Notes: generated from the sequence alone by a model not told the origin. 42,415 bases of DNA from a virus (IMGVR_UViG_3300045988_044581:1-42415); one strand, 5' to 3'; shown: positions 8,869 through 18,770, numbered from the stretch's first letter. Numbers and translations are program-made.

Positions 8869-9233
8869 CCAAAGCTGCGGCACTAAAGAAATTCTTTTCG
8901 TCTTTCGGAATTTCCGCATATCCAAGTAATGCAGTCCCAGACGAAACCGTTTTTCCGTGGCTTACATACGAGGCGTCGTTTGGATACCTGGAGGACGGAG
9001 AAATCCCGATCGCGGTGCACCTTTACTACCACACGACTTCCGAGGCAGTCCCAAACGAGAAGGTCGAAGAGATCGGACAGGCAATCGGAAGAGGCGGCAC
9101 AGTCATTCATTGTGATGATGGTGCCATTTGGATCAAGCGCGGGAGCCCGTTCTGCACATCGCAGACGGATGCAGACAGACAAGAGATAAAGCACAGATAT
9201 ATGAACCTCACGCTTGAATATCTGACGGCGTGA
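8865..9233 (+). CDS. Putative tail completion / tail terminator protein
   Basis: ATGA coupling, 122 aa. Assigned by position before the major tail gene. Confidence 0.5.
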   Translation: MTKAAALKKFFSSFGISAYPSNAVPDETVFPWLTYEASFGYLEDGEIPIAVHLYYHTTSEAVPNEKVEEIGQAIGRGGTVIHCDDGAIWIKRGSPFCTSQTDADRQEIKHRYMNLTLEYLTA

Positions 9234-9250
9234 GCAAGGGAGAAGAGCAT

Positions 9251-9832
9251 ATGAAATTTACAAAAATCCCAGAGGAAACATTCAAGAATATCCAGCTTAA
9301 TGCGGGTGTTCTTGCAAAGAGCTTCACGCCTGCGGGTGGGGAGATCACCGACATTCTCGGCGCTACTTCTGGCGGCGTGGAGTTTGAGGCAACACCGTCT
9401 TTTACAGACTACGGAGAGGACATCGACAACTGCCCGAAGAACACAAAGGAGCTCAAGAAGCTCGATTCTTGGGAGGTAAAGATGTCCGGAACCTTTATTA
9501 CGGTGACGGCAGACCTTGGCAAGAAGCTGATCGCTGCAGCAGATGTAGACGCAGAGGACACAACACACATCGTGCCTCGCAACGATATCGCCCAGAGCGA
9601 TTTCGAGGATATTTGGTGGGTTGGCGACTACTCCGACGAAAACGGAGAAAAGAACGGCGGTTACTGCGCTATCCACATGCTGAACGGCCTGTCCACTGGC
9701 GGCTTTAAGCTGAAAACTGATGACAGAAATAAGGGAAAATTTGACTTTGAGTTCACCGGTCATTACTCGCTCAGCGAGCAGGATAAGGTGCCTTTCGATG
9801 TATACATCAAAGCCGGTACTGCTGAGGCATAA
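9251..9832 (+). CDS. Major tail (tube) protein
   Basis: 193 aa, immediately upstream of the G/GT chaperone pair and the tape measure gene. Start trimmed to ATG 9251 with an RBS. Confidence 0.75.
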   Translation: MKFTKIPEETFKNIQLNAGVLAKSFTPAGGEITDILGATSGGVEFEATPSFTDYGEDIDNCPKNTKELKKLDSWEVKMSGTFITVTADLGKKLIAAADVDAEDTTHIVPRNDIAQSDFEDIWWVGDYSDENGEKNGGYCAIHMLNGLSTGGFKLKTDDRNKGKFDFEFTGHYSLSEQDKVPFDVYIKAGTAEA

Positions 9833-9847
9833 AAAGGATGGTAACAC

Positions 9848-10216
9848 ATGGGAAGACTTGAGGAAGCTAGAGGGGCCGACGCAATCGATCTGATCGCTGA
9901 TCTTATCGATCCACTCACAGAGATATCACAGGATGAGGAAATCCTTAAACTGACGCGTAAAAAAGGAACACCCGTTTTTAAGATCGTGCAGGCGATCCTC
10001 CGCAGGCACAAGGATTCTGCAATTCAGATTCTCGCGATCATCGACGGGGTGGAACCGGAAGATTACAAGGGCAATGTGTTCACGATCATCGGCCGGCTTC
10101 TCGGCCTTCTGAACAACAAGGATATCCAGAGTTTTTTTGGAGTTTCTCCGGAGAGGAAGCAGAAGAAATCTTCTGGGCGTGCTACGGAGAATACCGAGGA
10201 AACCGAGGAAGCATAA
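9848..10216 (+). CDS. Tail assembly chaperone (gpG analogue)
   Basis: 122 aa, between the major tail and tape measure genes. Contains the slippery site at 10132-10138. Confidence 0.8.
   Translation: MGRLEEARGADAIDLIADLIDPLTEISQDEEILKLTRKKGTPVFKIVQAILRRHKDSAIQILAIIDGVEPEDYKGNVFTIIGRLLGLLNNKDIQSFFGVSPERKQKKSSGRATENTEETEEA
10132..10138 (+). promoter_or_regulatory. -1 programmed ribosomal frameshift slippery heptamer T TTT TTT
   Basis: Zero frame reads AGT TTT TTT GGA. The -1 frame is open from 10138 to TGA 10429-10431. Confidence 0.8.
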
Positions 10217-10431
10217 GGAATTTTATACGTTATTACGCCGCCAAGTACGCCGAGCATCAGCGCGAGGCGGCGTATCGCGTATATGTGACAGATGGAATCT
10301 ACTTGCAAGGGCAGGGCAAGACCTTCGGAGCCCGGTACTGTGACCTTATCAAGCCACACAAGGTTGACCGCAGAACCGGAGATGAAATTGCGGCAGACGT
10401 TATCAGAAAAACAGGAATTACGCTTGTATGA
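10138..10431 (+). CDS. Frameshift extension (gpT analogue) of the GT chaperone fusion 9848..10138/10138..10431
   Basis: The -1 frame translates without stops as WSFSGEEAEEIFWACYGEY...DEIAADVIRKTGITLV. It ends overlapping the tape measure ATG. Confidence 0.75.
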   Translation, partial: WSFSGEEAEEIFWACYGEYRGNRGSIRNFIRYYAAKYAEHQREAAYRVYVTDGIYLQGQGKTFGARYCDLIKPHKVDRRTGDEIAADVIRKTGITLV

Positions 10432-13097
10432 CACTTTTAGAGCTGTTGGTAAAAATATCCGCTGATACAAGCGGACTCGATAAGGGATTGGATTCCGGGC
10501 TCGGAAAAATCAAGTCCGGTCTGTCTACACTTGGCTCCTTTGCTACAAAGGCAGTAGCAGGCGCGACTACTGCAGTAGCTGGGTTTACTGCAGCATCAAT
10601 CAAAACCGGAATGGATTTTGACACTGCCATGTCTCAGGTCGCTGCAACAATGGGGATGACCGTAGACCAGATGAATAGCGACATGGAAACGGTCACAGTA
10701 AACGGCGAGACCTTTACGGGAAATTTGACCGAGTTCGCGGAGCACATGGGAGCAACGACTCAGTATACCGCCAAGCAGTCTGCTGATGCGCTTAACTACA
10801 TGGCTCTTGCAGGCTATGACACGAAGACAGCTATGCAGATGCTTCCGAACGTCATGAATCTGGCGGCTGCGGGCGCAATGGATCTTGCTACGGCCTCTGA
10901 CATGGTGACGGATGCACAGACGGCACTCGGTCTATCCATTGACGACACAAATGTCATGGTTGACCGCATGGCAAAAACTGCATCGAAGTCTAACACTTCC
11001 GTTCAGCAGCTCGGTGATGCTTTTTTGACAGTTGGTGCAAACGCGAAATCTATGGGGAGCGGCCTGTATGATACCACACAGGAAGCATCGCAGGTCCTCG
11101 GCATCCTTGCTGATAACGGCATCAAAGCATCCGAAGCAGGAACACACCTCCGGAACATTTTGCTCGCATGTAATCCCCCGACCGATGATGCAGCGGCAGC
11201 ATGGAAACAGCTTGGCGTATCGGCTTATGACGCGGACGGGAATCTCAGAGACTTACAATTTGTCTTTTCTGATCTGAGCGAAGCAATGAAGGGGATGACC
11301 GCACAGCAGCGGGACGATTTAATCACCAAAATGTTCAATAAAACGGACTTGGCAGCAGTCAATTCCCTTCTTGATACCTCTGTTGACCGCTGGAGCGAAC
11401 TCGCGGACGCAATTGCTGGGGCTTGGTATTCTTCGGACTCCCTTGAGTCTCAGTTAAAAGGAAAGCTAAACATTTCGCTTGACGAAATGAAGCAAAACCT
11501 AGAAAAGCTCGGAGTGACAAGTGAAGACTTCTCCCACGCACTGGATAACTGCAATGGAGATGTGGAGGAATTCGCTGCCGGTCTCTTTGAGGATACAGAT
11601 GCGGGAGTGGAAGTATCCGACGTAACAAAGGCACTTGGCGGCAATCTCGGAAAACTGCAGGCTGCTTTTGATGGCGCTACAGGGTCTGCGCAGGCAATGG
11701 CAGAGACGCAGCTTGACAACCTCAGTGGTGATATCACATACATGCAGTCCGCATTTGAAGGATTGCAAATATCTGTTTCCGACCTTACTACAGGGACGCT
11801 GCGGGAGTTTGTGCAGTTCGCTTCCAATGGCTTGAGCAACATCACTTTGGCGATGAAGGCGGGCGGCCCTACTGCGGCAATTAAAGAGATTGCGAACATC
11901 TTACCGCAGGGGATACAGATGGTTGTGTCAAAGCTCCCGACCTTTATCAATGCAGGAATCCAGATTCTCGGCGCTGTAGGGCAAGGACTGATGCAAGCCG
12001 TCCCGTCCCTTGTGTCTGGGGCAGCGCAGATAGCTGCTCAGCTCTTTACGGCATTTATCACATACGCACCGAAGCTCTTAGAGGCTGGCGCTGATATGAT
12101 CCGTAATCTGTCGCAAGGTCTTTCCGGAAACGTCACGGAACTGATCAATAAGGCGCTCCCTATGATCATGGAGTTTTCGGCAAACCTTCGTGCGAATGCC
12201 GGTGAGCTCATAAGTGCAGGATTGGAAATGATTGTGCAGCTTGCGCAGGGGATTATCAACGCGCTGCCTACGATTATCGAAACGGTTCCTACAATAATCG
12301 ACAATATTGTCAACATCATCAACGATAACGCTCCGAAGATGCTTGTAACCGGTTTGCAGCTTATCGTCATGCTTGTGGCGGGCCTCATACAAGCAATTCC
12401 GGTAATTATTCAGGAGCTTCCGAAAATCATTACTTGCATTTGGGATACGATTTCTGCTGTGCAGTGGATCAGTCTCGGAATGAAAATAATGACAGCGTTC
12501 AAGAACGGCATTGCGGCACTTTTGCCTTCGATAAAGAGCGCAGCGAATAATATCAAAAACGGAATCATCAACGCAATAAAGCAAATGCCTTCTAAGTTGC
12601 AAGCACTTGCAGATCAGGGCGTTCGGGGAATCATTAGTAAGTTCCAGAGCATTAATTGGGGCGAGATCGGAATGAACGTGGTTCGCGGAATTGCAAACGG
12701 AATCCGCTCTGCTATCTCTTGGGTGGTGGACGCAGCTAAGGATGCAGCAGTTGCAGCGCTTAATGCTGCAAAAGACTTCCTTGGGATTCACTCGCCCTCT
12801 ACTCTGATGCGCGACCAAGTAGGAAAGTACATTTCTCTTGGTATGGCAGCAGGCATTGATGACTACTCCGATTCTGCAGTGCACTCAATGGAGAGCATGG
12901 CGCAGAACGTCTCTGATGCGGCTACGGTGTCCATGCAGACAAGCACAGGGGGCTCTACCGGCTCCATGCTTGGCGGTTATGGCCCTATCAGCATAAATGT
13001 ATACGCAAGAGAAAACGACAGCTTGACAGACCTTGCGGAGCGCGTGAGCGATGTGCTCGGAAGCGCTGTGAATCGCAGGAGGGCGGTGTTTGCATGA
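10428..13097 (+). CDS. Tail tape measure protein
   Basis: 889 aa. TP901-type core ALNYMALAGYDTKTAMQMLPNVMNLAAAG. Long helical and hydrophobic repeats. Confidence 0.9.
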   Translation: MTLLELLVKISADTSGLDKGLDSGLGKIKSGLSTLGSFATKAVAGATTAVAGFTAASIKTGMDFDTAMSQVAATMGMTVDQMNSDMETVTVNGETFTGNLTEFAEHMGATTQYTAKQSADALNYMALAGYDTKTAMQMLPNVMNLAAAGAMDLATASDMVTDAQTALGLSIDDTNVMVDRMAKTASKSNTSVQQLGDAFLTVGANAKSMGSGLYDTTQEASQVLGILADNGIKASEAGTHLRNILLACNPPTDDAAAAWKQLGVSAYDADGNLRDLQFVFSDLSEAMKGMTAQQRDDLITKMFNKTDLAAVNSLLDTSVDRWSELADAIAGAWYSSDSLESQLKGKLNISLDEMKQNLEKLGVTSEDFSHALDNCNGDVEEFAAGLFEDTDAGVEVSDVTKALGGNLGKLQAAFDGATGSAQAMAETQLDNLSGDITYMQSAFEGLQISVSDLTTGTLREFVQFASNGLSNITLAMKAGGPTAAIKEIANILPQGIQMVVSKLPTFINAGIQILGAVGQGLMQAVPSLVSGAAQIAAQLFTAFITYAPKLLEAGADMIRNLSQGLSGNVTELINKALPMIMEFSANLRANAGELISAGLEMIVQLAQGIINALPTIIETVPTIIDNIVNIINDNAPKMLVTGLQLIVMLVAGLIQAIPVIIQELPKIITCIWDTISAVQWISLGMKIMTAFKNGIAALLPSIKSAANNIKNGIINAIKQMPSKLQALADQGVRGIISKFQSINWGEIGMNVVRGIANGIRSAISWVVDAAKDAAVAALNAAKDFLGIHSPSTLMRDQVGKYISLGMAAGIDDYSDSAVHSMESMAQNVSDAATVSMQTSTGGSTGSMLGGYGPISINVYARENDSLTDLAERVSDVLGSAVNRRRAVFA

Positions 13098-13789
13098 TCT
13101 ATAACGGCGTTAATTTGACTGATTATCATGTGGAATTTATGAACGAGGCGGCTTTCATAGCTGCCCCGTCCCGTTCTTACACATCGACATCAATACCAGG
13201 ACGAAACGGGGATCTGCATATTGCTTCGGATCGCTACGAAAATCTGCCCGTAAAGGTAACGGCGATTATCTTTGATGATATTCGCAGATACTACGGGCCG
13301 CTTGCTGCATTTCTGACGCAGGACGCAGAGTATCACAGACTGGAAGGATTCGAAGACCCGGATATTTACCGGATGGCGGCGGTGAAAGAAATCGGAGCGC
13401 CGAAGCTCCGCACGTTTGCTCGCGGCGGTTCCTTCGCAATCTCCTTTGATTGCAAGCCTATGCTGTACGTAAGAGACGGGGAAGAGCCTCAGACATATAT
13501 TTCTTCTGGGAGTATCTTAAATCCTTATTTTGCAGCAGCTAAGCCGATTCTAAGGGTGTACGGATGGGGAACATTTTCTGTTGGCTCCGGGACGATCAAA
13601 GTCCACTCGGATTCTGCCGATTATATCGACATAGATTGCGAGCTGAAGGATGCATACAACGGAAAGAACAACCGCAACTCTTTTATCGAGGTCACAGAGT
13701 GGCCCGAGCTTCTGCCGGGAGTAAATGAAATCACAATTCCTTCTACAGTGACCAAAATTGAGATTGTTCCGAGGTGGGTGACGCTATGA
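13094..13789 (+). CDS. Distal tail protein (Dit, Sipho_tail-like)
   Basis: 231 aa, directly after the tape measure gene. Contains the IPGRNGDL motif region. Confidence 0.7.
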   Translation: MIYNGVNLTDYHVEFMNEAAFIAAPSRSYTSTSIPGRNGDLHIASDRYENLPVKVTAIIFDDIRRYYGPLAAFLTQDAEYHRLEGFEDPDIYRMAAVKEIGAPKLRTFARGGSFAISFDCKPMLYVRDGEEPQTYISSGSILNPYFAAAKPILRVYGWGTFSVGSGTIKVHSDSADYIDIDCELKDAYNGKNNRNSFIEVTEWPELLPGVNEITIPSTVTKIEIVPRWVTL

Positions 13790-15612
13790 TTCCTGTTCTG
13801 TACAGCGAAAACGAAAAAGAATTTAAGACGCAGGGACTTGGGTGCCTTACGGACGCGATTTCCTGCAAGGTCACGGAAGAAAGAAACGGCTCTTTTGAAC
13901 TTGAAATGCAGTATCCAATCGACGGGATACACTACAGCGACATTGCATATAGCCGCATCATAACCGCCGTCCCGGCTGACGGGGAAGACCCGCAGCCGTT
14001 TGAGATATACCGCATCACAAGGCCGCTGAATGGCAAGGTGACGGTATACGCTCAGCATATCTCATACCGGCTTTCGTACACGGTAACGCTTCCCTCCACC
14101 AAATCAGATAATGCAGCAGATGCACTAAAGTCCATCAAAGACAACGCAGTCACGGACTGCCCTTTTACCTTTGAGACGGATGTAGTCAAATCTGGGTCTT
14201 TTTTCAATTCGAAGGTGCAGTCTATCCGCTCTCTTTTAGGGGGTCAGACCGGCAGCATACTCGACTGTTTCGGCGGCGAGTACAAGTGGGATAAGTGGAA
14301 CGTGAAGCTGTGTGACACAAGAGGCTCAACGCTTCCGATCTCTCTTGAGTATGGCAAGAATCTGACCGATCTGCAGCAGGAAGAGAATATCGAAAGCACT
14401 TATACAGCTGTGATTTGCACTTGGACAAGCAGCGATGCGGACAATCCCACACACGTAAACGGCGATATCGTCTATACGGACAACTGGAAATCTTTCCCGT
14501 ATGTCCGCACGCTTGTCGTGGATAAATCTTCTGACTACGAAAATCAGCCGACCAAAGAAGACCTTACAGGCGACGCAGAAAAGTACATTTCTGCGAATGG
14601 TGTAGGCATCCCAAAAGTATCCATCAAAGTATCCTTTATCAATCTGGCAGACACAGAAGAGTACAAGCACATCCTTCCACTGCAGCACATCAAACTTTGC
14701 GACACAATCCGGGTGCGCTTTTCTAAGCTTGGCGTGAATGCGTCCGCGAAAGTGATAAAAACAGTGTATGACGTGTTGAGAGAGAAATATACATCCTTAG
14801 ATGTCGGAGACGCGCGAACAAGCCTTGTATCTACAACTGCCGCTGTATCGCAGGAAATCGAGGATACCGGGAAAACTCTTGATGCAAAATTTCGGTCAGA
14901 GCTGAAAAAGCAGACAGACCTCATCACCGGAGGGAAAGGCGGTTATGTAGTAATCCGGAGAGATGAAGAAACGGGTTATCCTGATGAAATCTTGATCATG
15001 GATCAGCCAGACAAAATGACCGCCAAGAATGTGATCCGGATGAACAAAAACGGGATCGGCTTTTCTCAGAGCGGATATAACGGGCCTTTCAACTCCGCTT
15101 GGACGATCGACAGTAAATTTAATGCGGATTTTATCGGAGCAGGAACGATAACCGCAATCACGATCCAGACAGCCAAACCGGAAGAAGGCGTTGAGCGCGT
15201 GGCAATCGAAAAAGGAACCTCAGCAATCAAGGGCCTTACAGGCACCGGGAAACTCATAAACATCATTGACATGATGAACGGCGCAGATGCTAATGACGAA
15301 AGCGCGAACATGGTGCTTGACTGCAAAAATCTTCTTGCAATTAGATCTCCTAAAATTGGCGTTGTCGCGCAATCATACGGAGAGGCAGAGGCCAATGTAA
15401 AAGAGTGCATTACCGGTACAGCACAATATATCACAAGCGTTTCAAAAAATTTGAACTACGGCACGGGTGAGCAGGGAACACATGAAGGGTATGTTTTTGA
15501 CGGGGCTGTTTTCTGCACGTTGCCTGTATACCTTGATGTGAAAACGTCTGGGATCAACTATATCAATGGCATGGTAGTGACACAGAAAGAATCGCACACA
15601 TACACGATTTAA
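13786..15612 (+). CDS. Tail-associated protein (Tal / prophage-tail minor structural protein)
   Basis: The N-terminus MIPVLYSENEKEFKTQGLGCLTDAISCKVTEERNGSFELEMQYP is the classic N-region of phage minor structural proteins. Confidence 0.75.
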   Translation: MIPVLYSENEKEFKTQGLGCLTDAISCKVTEERNGSFELEMQYPIDGIHYSDIAYSRIITAVPADGEDPQPFEIYRITRPLNGKVTVYAQHISYRLSYTVTLPSTKSDNAADALKSIKDNAVTDCPFTFETDVVKSGSFFNSKVQSIRSLLGGQTGSILDCFGGEYKWDKWNVKLCDTRGSTLPISLEYGKNLTDLQQEENIESTYTAVICTWTSSDADNPTHVNGDIVYTDNWKSFPYVRTLVVDKSSDYENQPTKEDLTGDAEKYISANGVGIPKVSIKVSFINLADTEEYKHILPLQHIKLCDTIRVRFSKLGVNASAKVIKTVYDVLREKYTSLDVGDARTSLVSTTAAVSQEIEDTGKTLDAKFRSELKKQTDLITGGKGGYVVIRRDEETGYPDEILIMDQPDKMTAKNVIRMNKNGIGFSQSGYNGPFNSAWTIDSKFNADFIGAGTITAITIQTAKPEEGVERVAIEKGTSAIKGLTGTGKLINIIDMMNGADANDESANMVLDCKNLLAIRSPKIGVVAQSYGEAEANVKECITGTAQYITSVSKNLNYGTGEQGTHEGYVFDGAVFCTLPVYLDVKTSGINYINGMVVTQKESHTYTI

Positions 15613-15621
15613 GAGGCGAAA

Positions 15622-15969
15622 ATGATCATCGACAAAAACGGAAAAATCTACTCTGGCGTTTATATGGGATGCGGGACTGTTGTACAGGACGGTGATTTTT
15701 TCATTTTCCTCCCGTATGAGCGAGAAGAGGACTGCAAAAGAGCAGAAGAAATCTTGCAGTTAAAGCGTGACTTATCGGCAACGGACTACAAGCTGATGAA
15801 GTACATGGAGGGCTTTATCACAGACGAAGAGTATGCAGAAGTGAAACGCCAGAGGTCTGAATGGAGAGCAAAAATCAATCAGCTCGAAAGCGAAATTTTA
15901 ATGCCGACGATCACAAGAGAAGAAATGGACAGGGCTGAGGAAACAGCAAGAAAAGGAATGAAGAAATGA
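15622..15969 (+). CDS. Hypothetical tail-module protein
   Basis: 115 aa with an RBS. Lies between the Tal and fibre genes. Confidence 0.6.
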   Translation: MIIDKNGKIYSGVYMGCGTVVQDGDFFIFLPYEREEDCKRAEEILQLKRDLSATDYKLMKYMEGFITDEEYAEVKRQRSEWRAKINQLESEILMPTITREEMDRAEETARKGMKK

Positions 15970-17219
15970 CAGAAAATCATGTGTTACAGATGATCCCGGG
16001 AGGCGTTCCGCTTGTGCTGCATGTCTCTCAGTATGACGCAGATCGGTCTTATGTACTCACGCCTTACTACGGGTCAGCAAAGTATGAGAGACAGCCAGAC
16101 TCTACGGCAGTACTTGAGGCGACAAAGCCAGACAGTACGGTCGTAGCAATTGCCGTCACTTACGGTGAGGATGGGACGATATCCTTTAACCTTCCTGCAT
16201 CTATTACGCAGGCAGCAGGAGATGTCAGATCAAAGGTGTCAATCCTTGACGAAAGAGGAAAGCGCGTTTCTTCTGCAAAAATTGTATTTGCTGTTGACGT
16301 GGCAGGAATTGATACATACGCAAGGGTGTCCGAGTCCGATCTTGAGCTGCTGCGAAACGTAGAAGAGCAAACGGCAAATATCGCAGAAAATGCAAAGAAT
16401 GCTGCAGCATCCGCATCTGCGGCAAAAACTTCGGAAACGAATGCAGAAAAGTCAGCAACAGATGCAAAAAAGTCCGCTGATGCAGCAAAAATAAGCGAAA
16501 CAAACGCCAATAGCAGCAAAGAGGAAGCGGTTGCAGCAGCAGCGGCGGCAAAGGAATCGAAGGACAATGCGAAAAGTAGCGAGACGGCAGCAGGAAAATA
16601 CGCTGTAGCGGCAAAAAATTCGGAAACGAACGCAGGAAAGTCAGCAGCGGCAGCGAAGGAAAACGAAGACAATGCAGTAGCGGCTGCTGTAAGGGCAGAG
16701 AAGGCGGCAGAGAAGGCCGAGACGATGGGCACCGTCAGCATTGCGACTACTGCGAAGGCTGGAATCGTAAAACCAGATGGAAGCACAATTTCGGTAACAG
16801 AAGATGGAACGATAAAGGGTGCATCCGTCACTTTTGACGAGGCAACCGGAGATCTGCATGTAGAACTAAACGAGGAAAGCATACAGATCGGCAATGTTTT
16901 GGACTCTGTATTTAAAAATGTTCTCACCCTAGACCAGATCAAAAGCGCAGCAAGTCTTGTGAGAAAGATACCAAGCGCGGATGCATTAAAGAGTGTGGAC
17001 GCAAAAACGGAAAAGCGCCTTCCTGCGCAGTCTCTCACCGCGGCCGGAGGGACGCTGACTTTCAATGATGTAAGCATTACAGAAAACTCTTTGATAACGC
17101 CGTATGCAACGCTTTACGGAATTTCACCGACAAACGTAGTAGCAACAGCAGGAACTTGCACAGTGACATTTGATGCACAGGATTCAGCATTCGATGTGTG
17201 CATCACAGTAAGAAATTAA
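15966..17219 (+). CDS. BppU-N-like baseplate/tail fibre protein with an Ala/Lys/Ser/Glu-rich fibrous repeat
   Basis: N-terminal Ig-like segment LHVSQYDADRSYVL...GDVRSKVSILD. Central repeats are of the NAxKSAxxAK type. Confidence 0.7.
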   Translation: MTENHVLQMIPGGVPLVLHVSQYDADRSYVLTPYYGSAKYERQPDSTAVLEATKPDSTVVAIAVTYGEDGTISFNLPASITQAAGDVRSKVSILDERGKRVSSAKIVFAVDVAGIDTYARVSESDLELLRNVEEQTANIAENAKNAAASASAAKTSETNAEKSATDAKKSADAAKISETNANSSKEEAVAAAAAAKESKDNAKSSETAAGKYAVAAKNSETNAGKSAAAAKENEDNAVAAAVRAEKAAEKAETMGTVSIATTAKAGIVKPDGSTISVTEDGTIKGASVTFDEATGDLHVELNEESIQIGNVLDSVFKNVLTLDQIKSAASLVRKIPSADALKSVDAKTEKRLPAQSLTAAGGTLTFNDVSITENSLITPYATLYGISPTNVVATAGTCTVTFDAQDSAFDVCITVRN

Positions 17220-17232
17220 AAGGAGAAAAAGC

Positions 17233-17550
17233 ATGAAGACACTCAAGTTCAAGAACGGAAAGACATTCGATTTCAGAGACACAAGCACCATCAATACTCT
17301 GGTGTATGACTGCACAGCCTTCGCTGATCTGGATTTTATCAAGGCACAGTTTGAAGTAGCAGACAACCTCATCGGTGGTACTTTTGATGGTGAGCCTATC
17401 ACCGGAGTGGTATATACCGGAGCACAGGTAGAACTGGGCGCGGACGGTAAGATCGTGGCACGCTTTACAGTCAGAGACCTGACCGAAAAGGAAGTTCTGG
17501 AGCAGAGAGTAAGCGACCTTGAGGACGCTATGGCTGATCTGATCGCATAA
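17233..17550 (+). CDS. Hypothetical tail-module protein
   Basis: 105 aa, RBS AAAGGAG. Confidence 0.6.
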   Translation: MKTLKFKNGKTFDFRDTSTINTLVYDCTAFADLDFIKAQFEVADNLIGGTFDGEPITGVVYTGAQVELGADGKIVARFTVRDLTEKEVLEQRVSDLEDAMADLIA

Positions 17551-17562
17551 GGAGGGACGAGC

Positions 17563-17697
17563 ATGAGCAAAGCAAAGGCACGTATTTTGGCAAGATGCAT
17601 CTATCGTGGGTCTAAGACCATCGAGGACGTAGATGAGCAGTATCGTGATGCAGTAAGAGAGCAGTATCTTCTGCTGTTCGGAGAGGAGCTTGCATAA
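17563..17697 (+). CDS. XkdX-like small protein (44 aa)
   Basis: Product MSKAKARILARCIYRGSKTIEDVDEQYRDAVREQYLLLFGEELA. RBS GGAGGG. Below the track cutoff. Confidence 0.55.
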   Translation: MSKAKARILARCIYRGSKTIEDVDEQYRDAVREQYLLLFGEELA

Positions 17698-18047
17698 TGA
17701 GCTTCTATCCAGCCAAAGGCGGAGGTAAGAAAAAATACAAGCGCATAACAGTTAAAACAAGCAGTACAGGTTCTGGTGATGCGACCATAGACGTAACTGC
17801 TGATGGAAAAACAACGACGTATCATCATAGAGCTCTGCAAGATCATACTGTGCAAATTGCGGACGGATTTACGATGGTATACACTGGCGGTACTTGGAAT
17901 GTAATGCCTACAGATGGATTGAAATTTGCTTATAAAATCGGATCTAGTGTTTATGTTAATACTGGAATAACTTGGGGATATCAAACATATATGGATGCTA
18001 TTATCTGCATAAATAGTGGCGAATCAATTCAATTGATGTTTGAGTAG
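17697..18047 (+). CDS. Small tail-distal paralog 1 (N-terminus MSFYPAKGGG)
   Basis: 116 aa in an AT-richer block. Shares its N-terminal motif with the next two ORFs. Confidence 0.6.
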   Translation: MSFYPAKGGGKKKYKRITVKTSSTGSGDATIDVTADGKTTTYHHRALQDHTVQIADGFTMVYTGGTWNVMPTDGLKFAYKIGSSVYVNTGITWGYQTYMDAIICINSGESIQLMFE

Positions 18048-18063
18048 AAAGGATGGTACTGAT

Positions 18064-18423
18064 ATGCCATTTTATCCGTGTCGTGTGGGGGGGAGAGATT
18101 CAGACATAGAGCTGATCGGCGTGTTCCCGGCCAATAAATCATACTACGAAGTGGGCGCGGGATATAAACACTCTTACACTTTCACTAAAAAATACAGTGA
18201 AGTTATTGCGGTCGCAAATAAATCTACAGCATCACAGTCTATCACTGCAACTGGGGTAACATTGCAGGATTATAACGGATCTTTTGCAAATAACTTCGAC
18301 AAAGGCTGTACTGCAAAAATCATGCAGAATGTCACTCCTGAAACGACTCTTTCATGGTACACAACGTGGAATGGCACAGACATGGGGGCACAGCCCTTTA
18401 TGATACTTTTTGGAAAGGAGTAA
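18064..18423 (+). CDS. Small tail-distal paralog 2 (N-terminus MPFYPCRVGG), with a G7 tract at 18087-18093
   Basis: Start trimmed to ATG 18064. The in-frame homopolymer covers codons 8-10. Confidence 0.6.
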   Translation: MPFYPCRVGGRDSDIELIGVFPANKSYYEVGAGYKHSYTFTKKYSEVIAVANKSTASQSITATGVTLQDYNGSFANNFDKGCTAKIMQNVTPETTLSWYTTWNGTDMGAQPFMILFGKE

Positions 18424-18427
18424 AATC

Positions 18428-18687
18428 ATGAGCTTTTTCAGATGTGGAGCAACTGGGGGGGTAAATTGAGTTATAAAGACATCTCTGTCCCGACAGGAGT
18501 TGACAGCTATACGGTAAAAGCAACAGACATATCATCGTCCGCAAAAATCGTAGCAGCAGGTGCTATGTCTAGGCCACACGATGGGTGGGGGGAATTTAAT
18601 GTAACGTATAATGAGACATACGCTAAGATAACATTCAGCAACGCCAAGCCTGCGGTCAATTGGGTTCTAAGGGTTTGGTATCAATAA
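18428..18687 (+). pseudogene. Paralog 3 (MSFFRCGATGG...) interrupted at a G7 tract: phase-OFF, needs a -1 shift, or a homopolymer error
   Basis: RBS AAGGAG at 18415-18420 with ATG 18428 gives a 13-codon ORF ending at 18469. The -1 frame after G7 (18455-18461) continues as KLSYKDISVPTG... to 18687. The track start at 18442 has no RBS. Confidence 0.6.
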
Positions 18688-18744
18688 GGTAGGAGTAACA
18701 AAAAACATCATACTGCATACTGGAATGATACTGCTACTAACAAG

Positions 18745-18770
18745 ATCCCCGGCAATAGCCGGGGATTTAT
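18745..18770. terminator. Intrinsic terminator between convergent genes
   Basis: ATCCCCGGC-AATA-GCCGGGGAT hairpin followed by TTTATTAT. Confidence 0.7.

Noticed and set aside
9107-9847. 246-aa minus-strand ORF
   Set aside because: It is antisense to the major tail protein gene.
12078-12884. 268-aa minus-strand ORF
   Set aside because: It lies entirely inside the tape measure gene, antisense to it, with no RBS.
16370-16700. Tandem-like DNA repeats (GCAAAAAnTnCGGAAACGAAnGCA...)
   Set aside because: They encode the fibrous NAxKSAxxAK heptad-like repeats of the tail fibre and are not an independent element.
16160-17077. 305-aa (and nested 129-aa) minus-strand ORFs
   Set aside because: They are antisense to the Ala/Lys/Ser-rich fibre repeats. 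The open frame is a by-product of the GCN/AAR-rich sense codons.
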